From Vermamoeba vermiformis (lineage: Eukaryota), in NCBI GenBank assembly GCA_045837725.1, contig JBEWZL010000066.1, positions 186,001-250,000 on the forward strand: a stretch of 64,000 nucleotides of DNA, written 5' to 3'. Positions 53,667 to 64,000 of this stretch are shown piece after piece; positions within the stretch are counted from its first letter, which is position 1; each line of letters opens with the position of its first letter. Made by a program: the position numbers and the translations under genes. Under the pieces are notes generated by a model, which was not told the origin of the DNA, searched no databases, and was given only the letters and a program-made list of their open reading frames with translations.

Positions 53667-54865
53667 TTAGTAGGACTCTTCCTTCTTATCTGGCGAGAAC
53701 TGAAAAGCATTCGGATCTTCTTCTGAAGGTCGACGCACATAACCCACGTAAGTCGGGAATGCACCTGCCATGCGTTAATACGATGTATTTGTAGTATAAT
53801 TATGATAGGCACTACTTACATGATTCGCGACGACCATACACGACGCGCTCGTTCTTCCAGAATGCGAGGGGCTGGATGCGTCTTCTTCTGCTGCGTCGAG
53901 CTCCGGGTGTCTTGTTGGGTGGCGACTGCAACTCTTCAACAACGTACTTGTCGGACACCTCTTTCGTCTTCTTCTTGGGGGCAGCACGAAGTCGCTTGGT
54001 CTTAGTGTGAGGCTTGTTAATCTCGTTCTCTTTGTCGCTCTCGTCGCTCATCAGGTGCGCATCCACATCGTGCTCAATGGGCTCGTAGTCATCCTCGGCA
54101 GCCATAGAGGCATCAAAATCGAGCTTTTTGGCCAGTGAATTGTCTGCAACGAGTGGCGAAGAGTGGCGAGTGAGTGCTGTGACTTCAGTGCGACCACTGC
54201 GCGGTGACTCCAGATCTGCGCTGCGTACAGTGATCGGTGTGGCGAGTGAGGACTTAACCTTGCTCACTACACTCTCAGGTGAGGCCACTATAGCGTTGTA
54301 TTAGTTAACGAAGCATAGAATTGAAAAGGGCGTACTAGGCGAGGGTTCAGGTGCAGGCTCGTCATACTCTTCGTCGAGCGCCATCATCGACTGCTCGTGC
54401 TCTTCAATGGGCTCGTCCATGGCCTCATCGATCTGTTCCTCTTCGCTGGCTGCGACTTCTTCAATCTCTGAATAGTATTCTTCTTCTGAGTCGCTGGGAA
54501 CAACAGACTTCGTGTCTTCCTCAGCTAATGAAAATTATGAGTTTATATCGCGACACTTCACACTGTACTAACCATATATCAATCGAGCATTCAGGATAAA
54601 GTCTTCTGGATCGTCAAACAAACCATCCGGAGTCTTCTTCAGACAGTTTCGTTTGTCCACCCCAACAATAATTTTTCTGTTATAAGGTAAGTTCATATTT
54701 AATATTAAGTGTTCAATCAGTACCTTTTTTTGGCATTTTCGAGCCAGGTTTTCTGGTTGCAGTAGAGGTTAGATTTGTTTTTTAAAAGGCCAAGCTACTT
54801 ACTTTTGATGGCGTTAAATTAACCCCAATAATGCTAGATCTTCGCATGCTAACTCTACGCGACAT
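53667..54865 (-). CDS. CENP-C/Mif2-like kinetochore protein (CENP-C motif, no cupin domain seen)
   Basis: RRSRRRRIQPLAFWKNERVVY matches the CENP-C motif; the rest is acidic and disordered. Confidence 0.65.
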
Positions 54866-54981
54866 TGTGGTGTGTAGTCTCGCTCGTTCGAATGAATAAC
54901 ATTGTAACGGACGAATGTTTTTGTTTAAAAAAAAATGGCGGGCAAAAAAAAACAAATTAGTTCCACACAAGACAAGTTACC

Positions 54982-55345
54982 ATGGTGAGTTACTATGTAA
55001 GCTGTTATGATCAGGACGCTAACGTTCCGCAGGATGGCGATTTCACATACCTCCATCGTTCACGCATACTGCTGGATATAGTTTCGGAGGACTGGGCGAA
55101 AGACAAGCTGCCCGAAGAAGATATATTGGTGCGCAAGGACATGCACGGCATGCTAGATATTGATGAGGATAGTAAGTATTGAGAATTGATAAAATTGTAT
55201 TATTTTTCCTAATCCTAATTGGATTAATTTCTGTTATTATTTCAACGGTCTACTTTAGAATTAATTTGTTATGAATAGGACTCTTCGGAGCTAAAGTAGA
55301 AGAAGAAATTTGGACAGATCTTAATCACGCAGCCTTCGATCAGTA
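54982..55345 (+). CDS. ANAPC13: Anaphase-promoting complex subunit 13
   Basis: M|DGDFTYLHRSRILLDIVSEDWAKDKLPEEDI...EEIWTDL. Confidence 0.8.
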
Positions 55346-55428
55346 GCTCGTCCCCCTGTAATTATTACCGCGAAATGTACATATGTTTATTTGCTAGTTA
55401 AATCGTTATTATGAACATGTGGTGACTT

Positions 55429-56380
55429 CTACTCGTGTTGTTCTTGATCTTCAGGTGCCACCAAGTCAGGGTGAGCAGCAGCGAGTTCCTTGTCGAGTTG
55501 ACGGAACGAGAAGGTGTCCTTAATCGACTGATCGTGTGCCTTGTAGTCGAGTTGAATGGACTCGGGCAAGCTCAGCGTGCTGTACAAACAGGTTAGTGCT
55601 CAGCGGACAGCAGTGCCAACACCACTCGCTTACCGTCGAATAGCCTCGTGCAGCTTGTTCTTCTGCGGCGAGTCCTCAGCAGTCTTGTTCCAAATCGCAA
55701 TGATGTCCTCTTGATAGCGCGTGCTGACCACCACGCCGCACACCTCGTCCATCACTTCGAACTGTTGGCCCACGAATGCGAGCACCAAGTCCTCCCAGTA
55801 CTTGGAGGCCAATCGCTTCTTCTTCGGCAGTCGCAATATGAACTTGCCTCCGCGCTTGTTCTCGTCGTCCTGCCACATCTCAGTCTCTGCGTACAACACC
55901 AGACAAATGGCTTACCTCCCACATCGGTCTAATGCCTGAGCGGAACAAATGATAATCGCAACTATATTGCAGGTCATTGGGGCGTATTAAATGATTGTAG
56001 TAGGCCCAGAAGTCTTCTACCTGTCAAGAGGAAATTTAAAAATTTAAATAATTATTTTATTTAATTATTTTCACTGCGTTATTATTCATAATACGTTATT
56101 ACATGTGATAATCGTGATGGGTAATGTTATTATTAATTTTAAAATTCTTACCGTGGAGAAAGAGCCGATCTTTTTAATATTTTTTTCGTAACTCTCTTGG
56201 CTTCTTGCACCACCTTGTTGACGGCGCACAAAATAAAACGTATATTTGGTCTTTAAGGGGTGTTTTTCGAGCTCCTCCCTATTACATAAAAATAATTAAT
56301 AATTACGCCATTAGCAAAGAGTTGATCAACCTTCTGCTAGCTGCTTCTTGAGAGTCCGTCTTATTGTTAGTGTCAGCCAT
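55429..56380 (-). CDS. EIF4E2: Class II eIF4E (4EHP/nCBP)
   Basis: HPLKTKYTFYF, SYEKNIKKIGSFST|VEDFWAYYNHL, DYHLFRSGIRPMWE|D, WEDLVLA; Tyr replaces class I Trp residues. Confidence 0.88.
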
Positions 56381-56550
56381 GAGATGTGCTCGTATTGTAG
56401 TGTACAGTGATGATAAACTTATTGTGTGTTGATTATTGCGTCCACCATTTTTCCTGTCCACAAAACTCTAAGAACAGGGCACTCTAATGTCCGTTACAAG
56501 AATACTCATGTGGTATTATTTATTGCATGTATGGAGTATGTACATTGATG

Positions 56551-58816
56551 TTACTCGACGGTAACAGACTTGGCAAGATTACGCGGCTGATCCACGTTGA
56601 ATCCCTTCAACACAGCCAAGTGGTACGCCAACAGCTGCATAGGCACGATGTTGACGATGGTCTGCAGACAGTCTACAGTGTGCGGCACCTTGATGATGGG
56701 CAGCCCAGTCTTGGCGAGATGTTCATCGACCTCGCTGCACACCACCACTGGTCGTCCCTTGCGCGCGGTGATCTGATGCAGCGCGTTCTGTGCCTTGCTG
56801 TACACACTGTCCTGCGCCAAGAAGAAGATCACTGTCGCGTGCTCGTCGATCAGGGCGAGTGGACCGTGCTTCAATTCACCAGCGAGAATCGCTTCAGAGT
56901 GAATGTACGCAATCTCTTTGATCTTCAGCGCTGCTTCCAGACACGTGGCACGTTGAAAGCCGCGACCAATCAGGAACAAGCTCTTGACATTGGACAGCTC
57001 GAGGGCGAGCTTCTTGATCTGGTCTTCGAGCTGCAGGGCCTCGTGTATCAACTGCGGCAATCGTTTGAGCTCTTGTATCACTTGCTCTCTGCGCGCACTG
57101 AGAGACATGCGATCTTGACCGAGCACGAGCGCGATGAGAATGATGGCGATGATTTGACTCGTGTAGGCCTTGGTGGAGGCAACACCGATCTCGGGGCCTG
57201 CATTCAAGTGCACGCCGCAGTCTGTGAGTCGTGCGATCGATGAGCCCACGGTGTTGGTGATGCCCACGCACAGCGCACCACGCTTCTTGCAGTACTCGAG
57301 GGCTGCGATGGTGTCAGCGGTCTCTCCAGACTGCGAGATGAAGAACACCGTGTCGTCGCGGAAGATGGGGGTGCGACGATCGAGGAAGTCTGAGGCCAGC
57401 TCTACACTCACGGGCAGATCTGTCAGCTCTTCTACCAACTGCTGCGTCTGTGGAGTGACACGTGTCAAACACTGATCGGCGAACAGAGCCCACGAGTACT
57501 TACCGCAATAGCTGAGTTGTACGAAGTGCCGCACGCGCAGAAGATGATGCGACGACAGCGCTTGATGGAGTCAATGTGCGAGCTGAGTCCGCCGAGCTGA
57601 ATGGAGTTGTGATCGTGACGCAATCGACCGCGACACGTGTTGATGACACTCTCCTCTTGCTCGAAGATCTCTTTCAGCATGTAGTGCGCAAAGTTGCCCT
57701 TGCTGAACTGCGACAGACCCTGCTCCAGTGTCGTCAACTCGCGCACTTCTTGCGAGCTGCGCATGGCACGATCTTCGCTGCGATAAAAGTGAAATTTCCC
57801 GCGCTGATCGATGTAGACCATGTCATCATCCTCCAAGTAGATCACTTTGCGCGTGTGCTCGACAATGGCGTTGATGTCCGAGGCGAGGAAGTACTCCACG
57901 GCAGCACTCTGTTCCTCGTGCTCCAGTTGATGTGCCACCAATTCGTTCTGCAGCGCACTCGCACGACTCTTGTCATCGCCGAAGATGACATTCACGAGCT
58001 GTGTGGTGCTGCGCGCACTGTCAGGCGTGGCATTCAACTTGACGCCCATGATCAGCGGACTGCCGCGCTTAGCAGCGACTATCTGTTCGGGATAATAGGC
58101 ACTCTTGATCACGAGTGCATAGGCCCCCTGAATGGTCTCCAACACCTTGCTGATCACAGCGCGGAATTCAGGCTCGTGCTGCAGCTTGCTCTTCTGGTGC
58201 CGATAGAAGTACAGCGCCAGCTTGGCCACCACTTCAGTGTCGGTCTCAGACTGGAAGCTGTAGCCCTCTTTCTCCAGCGAGGAGCGTATCTGCGCGTAGT
58301 TGGTGATGATGCCGTTGTGTATCACGACAAACTCGTGCTCGGGCGTGGAGCTCTGCGGATGGCTGTTGCGCACTGCCACTTCACCGTGCGTGGCCCAACG
58401 TGTGTGCGCAATGCCCACGTGGTTGGAAAACACTGCTGTCTGCAGCTGTCGTTCAGCGACAGTATTCTGCACGAGAGCTGCGAGCTTGTCCACATTACCG
58501 ACCTCGCGCAGCACCAAGATCTGCCGCGGAGTTAGTGCCAAATAGGAATAATCATCAGAAGCAGTACCTTGTTGGTCTTGGGCTCCGTGATGGCAAGTCC
58601 AGCTGAATCATAGCCGCGGTATTCGAGTCGACGCAGACCTGTAAGCAAGGTCTGCAAGATGACCTGCATTGTTTGCGGCGAGTGGTAATTTAAATAGGCA
58701 AATATTCCTAAATATTAATTTGTTAATATTACATCGTTGAAATCATCGTATGCTGTAATGAAAACAAATAACCGCTATGATTTCTCCTGATCTTCAATAA
58801 ACAACGTACCACACAT
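56551..58816 (-). CDS. GFAT: Glutamine:fructose-6-phosphate amidotransferase
   Basis: [63 protein letters not shown]. Confidence 0.97.
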
Positions 58817-59031
58817 GCTAAATTTCCTCTAGTTGATGCAGTCGTGTGCAGTTCAAGTTAGTTGAATAGATTATCCACTTCGCTTTGTCATCAAAATCGC
58901 ACCACGTGCTCTGTGCAGTTTTCAATCATTGAATTTTCCCGTTGATTTTTTCGCGCGCTTAGTGACCGTTGAGAATTTTAAATCCTTCATTTCATTGTAT
59001 GCGCACCGATGAACACCAGTGAGCTGTAGAA

Positions 59032-61238
59032 ATGAGCACTGAGCAACTGAATGATACAGTTATAGCAGTTGCGCCTTTAAGCGCAGAACACACTGCAGAT
59101 CTTTCAACCACGATCCCCGATGAGAATATAGCACCGACAATACAGCGAGTCAAAAGCAGCAATTTATTGCGCACTAGTCCTATTATCCCTGCTGAAACTA
59201 AGAAGAGAAAACGAGGAGCAGATGAGGACGATTACGCCAATGCATTCACTGACACGACGAATATTCACTCGAACGGCGATGCACCGCTATCTCCGGGCGA
59301 ATCACCCACTAAAAAGCGAAAGAAACTGACAGATGAGGAGAAGGTGAAGCTGATTATCGAAATAAATCACTGTTATTAATTCCATCAATAGGCTGAACGT
59401 GAACGACAGCGATTAGAGCGCGAAGAAAAGAGACAACAAGAATTGAAAGAAAAAGCCGAGCGAGTAAGATACTTTACGCGGGTGTATTATTCGTTACTAA
59501 TTCTTCGACAAGAAACTCAAAAAGGAAGAGGAGCGCAAACAACGCGAAGAAGAGCGCAAGCAGAAGGAAGCAGAGCGCGAGGAACAACGGCGACAACGCG
59601 AAGAGGAGAAGAAGCGCAAAGAGGAAGAGAAGAAGAAGAAAGAAGAGGACAAAGAGAAGCAACGCTTAGAGCGCGAAGAAGAGAAGCGCAAGAAAGAAGA
59701 AGAGCGCAAAAAGAAAGAGGACGAGAAGAAAAAGAAAGAGGAGGAGAAGAAGAAGAAAGAAGAAGAGAAAGAGCGCGCTGAAGAAGAGAAGAAGCGACAA
59801 GCAGAGAAGAAGAAAGCGTACTGGGGTCAGTTCAAAGCTGCCAGCAGTGAGATCGTTGCTGCCTCCTCGAGCTTGCAGTCCTCGCACGAACTCGCGGCGC
59901 AGAGGGTGGTGAGCGAGGATGGTCTACAGAGTTGTTCCGTGCCTGGCAACCTGCCGTGAGTGCAGTGATTGCACCGCTGCATCGATGGCAATCACGCGAC
60001 TCTTCTTCGTTTGAGAATCAGCTCGCTGCTCAGAATGGTAAGTGTCTCACTGACACGTGTCAAATGGAAGTTCGAACTGACGTGCGTGTACAGTGCAAGT
60101 GTCAATCGCTACACTCCCCAAACGAGCACGTGTCACTCGCCGATCAGTACTGACCGCCAGACGTGCGCGTCGAACATCACACTACCAACAGGTCATTGAT
60201 CTGAGTGGTGCGGCAGATCCGCAGCTGAATCCGCTGACCGATCGACTGCTGCACGCGCGCTTCAAGTACCTCAACTTCCACGAGAACGTCAGACCCGCGT
60301 ACTATGGCACGTGCACTGCGCAGTGTCGTCGCGTTACCGGTCGCCGTCCGTTCAGCAAAGACGAGTCGGTGGTGGGCGACTACGAGTACGACAGCGACGA
60401 GGACTGGGAGGAAGAAGAGGGCGAAGATCTCGATGCACTCAGTGACCGCAGCGAGGAGGAGCCTGCGCAGAGCACGAACAAGGAGGAGACTGAAGAGGAC
60501 TACTGCTACGACGGCGAGTTCTTGGTGGCTGATGGCTACTTGTCGGACGAAGAGGGACTCAAATCTGACAACGAGGACGACGAGACTGAACGAGATCCGC
60601 TCATATCTCCCGCTGATCTCCCGCCCAAATCTGAAGAGGAGCGCGCACGTGATGCAGAACGACGTCAAGAGCGCATGAAGAAGATGATGGCGCACAAGAA
60701 GCGAGTGGCAGAGTGCCAGGCAGTGGTGGCAGGTCCGATCTATCACCCGAGCAGTGCTGAAGAGCGAGTGCGCGCACTGATCACGTGCTATCCTGTCGAA
60801 CTGCTCGCCGCGCTGCCGATCGATCCGCGCGTGCCACTGGCGGAAGAACTCGATGAGGAGCAGACGAGTGTCACTGCCACACCAAATAAGGCAAAGGTCG
60901 TACCGGACACGTTGGTGCCCGATCTGATTCGCATCTTGCACGGTGCCAGTTCACGCACCCACGTGATCGACACTTTTCACAAGTTACATCCGCACATCTC
61001 CAAGCGGCAGATTGAGCGGAAAATTGTTGAAATTGCGTCACGTGGTCAAGTTGATGACAGACAAGGATGGGTGGTGCGTCCGGAGATTGTCGCGAGATAC
61101 ACGAATAGCACGAGTGAAGTATTGCCTAATTTGGAAGTGAAGCAGGAGAGGTCAGGCGACACTTCCACTGCGCAGTCTGTGGACTCACCGTCGAGTGCTG
61201 TGGTTGACACGTGTCACCGTGAAGCGATGATTCAGTGA
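59032..61238 (+). CDS. CHAF1A: Chromatin assembly factor 1 subunit A (p150/Cac1)
   Basis: KER coiled coil; FHENVRPAYYGT, DYEYDSDEDWEEEEGEDL, LVADGYLSDEEG; C-terminal winged helix. Confidence 0.9.
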
Positions 61239-61265
61239 AATGTACGATAAATAGCTTGTTTATAT

Positions 61266-62526
61266 TTACAACTGCGCCTCAATGACGTCAATCGATCTAT
61301 ATTTGGTAGTACGCTGCAGCGAGGGGAATTCTTTTTGCCAAAAATGGAAATCGTGCCATCCAGAGTTAAATCGATCGTACAAGCGCGGAAATTCCATGAC
61401 ATCACGTGGTCGTGCAGCGTGATAATATTCCGCAAAGTGATAGAAGAATGTAGCTGCAAATAGTCATCGATTAGCAGTAGTGACTGGAATTCGATTGCCA
61501 CTTACCATAAATGGCAATGAAGGTGTCCGATGAAGCACCGTGCCGATAAAAATAGTCGTCGAGCACCGTGCTGTCCAGCTGTCGGAGAATATTTGCAGTG
61601 ATGTTGATGCCCTGGTAGAGAGGTCAGCAATCACGCATCGCTTGCCTAATTTGGTAATCGTACAGTTATCGCGAAGGGGAACCAGTAAGTCACGTGATTG
61701 GACAATTTGAGCACGTGGCGCGCACTCTTCGGATATTTGCGGGCAAATTGCACCAAATTTAGTAATCCGAGCAGTCCCATCGCCCTCTACAAGGTGTTAG
61801 CCAAATAAGGCAATACCATCACGTACAAAATCGGTCTTGGGATCTGCACTCTGAAAACCAATCGCTTCCCACACCACGTGCGGCTCAGTTTTGAGTGATT
61901 GCCACAATTCGTCGAGCAGTGATTGGTGCTGTGCTGTCACGTGGGTGGCTGCTTGATCTTGCAATGTCCTAATTAGGAAATGTCGCGTCTGAATGCGTTC
62001 CAAAAGCGGTGTCAAGTGCGCTACGAGTCTGCAGCGAGTGAATGTTATATAGTAGTCTATATATAGCTGCAGTATATGCGCTGTAGAGGACTCTGTTCAG
62101 CACGCACCTGCTGTTCTGGATCTGCTTCGTGCGCGCAATGTGCTGCGCGGCCTGATCGACGTCAGCAAGAGGCAGTGCACTCTAAAGCGAAAGTCAATAT
62201 TAATATTACTATATTAGGCAATCGAGGTAGTGACTTGCGAGGTGTTTGGACAAATTGAGCGATTGCGCTGAACTTAAATACGTTAGCTAACGTCGATCTA
62301 ACCACGAACACTGACCTAACAACAAGGCCCTATTGTATCGTGCAGGATAATTACATATGCGTTCAATTTCGCATTTTCCAGTGACGAGATGCAGCACTCG
62401 CTTGTACGCAGGTCTGAACCACGGCCAGTACCAGTAGGTGCAGCACAACGTGTACACATAGAGCACCAATCGCTGCCAGGGCGTGCGTGCGTAGTGAATG
62501 GGCTGATAAGTCGCAGCTCTGTGCAT
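61266..62526 (-). CDS. ELMO domain-containing protein (ELMOD)
   Basis: TGKCEIERIC, WEAIGFQSADPKTDF|RAMGLLGL, WFPFAIT|GINIT, RDVMEFP. Confidence 0.88.
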
Positions 62527-62623
62527 TGCGAGCTGATTTTATTTGAAATTAACGCATCTGAACTGTCAGACACAAGTCATTCCCAGTTTGAGACTAGTGA
62601 ACAGTGCAATATAGTCAATTCAG

Positions 62624-64000
62624 ATGGCGTACTTCACTGAACAGCGCAAGGGCGAGATTAATGACTTGCGCAATCTGTTGCAACAAGCACAACTCGATCG
62701 CAATGACGAAGAAAAACAGAGGTAAATAAGAGCGTGCCTATATTATTTAAAATTCACCATTAAATTGTGCGCGCAACAACCCTGATCCTGTGCTGTTAGG
62801 GAGTGCATTAAGAAAGTAATTGCTGCCATGACACTGGGCATGGATGTGTCGCCGCTGTTCAGCGAGATGATCATGGTACGCACTCCTATCATGTCCTTCA
62901 ATATGAGATGATTGACACTATTATTATTACTGTTGACAGGCCTCCAACACACGTGACTTGGTGGTGAAGAAGATGGTCTATTTATATCTCACCCATCACG
63001 CGCGCGAACACCCTGAGACCGGTACGCGCTGTCTCGTATATAGATAGTCTAATAGATAGAATAATAATACATCATAATAATCAAACATACCACAACACCA
63101 TACCTCGACAGCTCACTAACATGGCCCCGCAGCGCTGCTCGCCATCAACACGCTGCTCAAAGACTACGCCGATGACAGTCCCATGGTGCGGGGCTTGGCG
63201 TTGCGTGCCCTGGCCTCGCTGCGACAGCGTGCCCTGGTGGAGCACGTGATTCTGCCGCTCAAGAGTGGCCTCGTCGATGTCTCGCCGTACGTGCGCCGTA
63301 CTGCCGTGCTGGGCTGTGCCAAAGTGTTTCAACTCGCCCCTGATACCATAAAAGGCAAGTATGGATGCTGCACGTGAGGGACTTCAGTGCCACTAATGCC
63401 CAAATATAGACCCAGCGATCATCAACAAGCTGTACGAGATGTTGCGCGACAAGGACCCGCAAGTGATGGTCAATGCCGCGGTGACACTCGATGAAATTCT
63501 CCGCAGCGACGGACGCGGAAATTTGGATTTGTCTCCCAGTGCCGGCATTCAACTGAACAAGAAGCTGGCACTGCACCTGATGGAGCGACTGAGTGCGCTG
63601 GATCAGTGGGGGCAGTGTCTCATCTTGGACTATCTCGTCAAGTACCTGCCCGATGAGGACGAGCTATTTCCTTTTATGGTAAGTCACCCACGCATGCACT
63701 TGCAGCTGCTGGGTCACTCACCGCTGCTAAATATAGAACATGCTGGACACGCGCCTGCAAAGTATCCACGTGAGCGTGGTGTTTGCAGTGATCAAACTGT
63801 TCCTCGCCTGGACCACGCACCTGCCTGACGTGCATCGGGCCGTGTACGCGCGTGTCAAACAGCCGCTGCTGCTGCTCATGCACGCCCAACACGCGGAATT
63901 ACACGCGGGGGTGCTGCACCACATCAAGCTGATCACGCATCACGTGCCCGATCTGTTCGCGCACGAGTTCAAGCGCTTTTACTGTCGCGTGTCAGATCCG
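62624..64000 (+). CDS. AP4B1: Adaptor complex beta subunit, most like AP-4 beta; runs off the window
   Basis: KKVIAAMTLGMDVSPLF, KKMVYLYL, PMVRGLALRAL.SLR, YVRRTAVLGCAK, FAHEFKRFYCRVSDP. Confidence 0.8.

Noticed and set aside
56527-58535. Long antisense ORFs over GFAT (similar ones over PAN2, NOP58 and CHAF1A)
   Set aside because: Shadow frames caused by codon bias in the real genes
59520-59820. Purine-rich GAAGAG repeats
   Set aside because: They encode the KER coiled coil of CAF-1 p150; not a separate repeat element
1-64000. Prokaryotic systems (CRISPR, operons), transposases, alternative genetic code
   Set aside because: The genes are spliceosomal-intron eukaryotic genes; no arrays or transposase motifs were seen; TAA, TAG and TGA all end conserved genes, so the TGA at 50232 is not a global reassignment

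Overview
Gene-dense (about one gene per 1.8 kb), intron-rich nuclear DNA from a unicellular eukaryote. It uses the standard genetic code and mostly 40-90 nt GT-AG introns with CTRAY-like branch sites. I reconstructed about 37 spliced protein genes by eye, mostly conserved housekeeping genes: EIPR1, PEX11, EXOSC8, PUS10, TMEM69, peroxiredoxin, ATG18, PAN2, GPAA1, 14-3-3, DENND6, Kv-beta, SETD9, NOP58, CENP-C-like, APC13, eIF4E2, GFAT, CAF-1 p150, ELMOD and AP-4 beta. The top finding is a tiny gene at 50226-50451 that is absent from the ORF track. It has an in-frame TGA at codon 3, a possible second TGA in a CxxU motif, and a well-formed type II SECIS element in its 3' UTR, so it is a candidate new selenoprotein. 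Other highlights: a tRNA-Val(TAC) gene inside a PUS10 intron, signal-peptide exons upstream of the peroxiredoxin, a Hop2-like winged-helix/Swi5 fusion, a cupin-less CENP-C-like protein, a His/Pro microprotein and a recurrent intronic 12-bp palindrome. All family calls come from motif recognition, not database searches. Exon boundaries are manual predictions.
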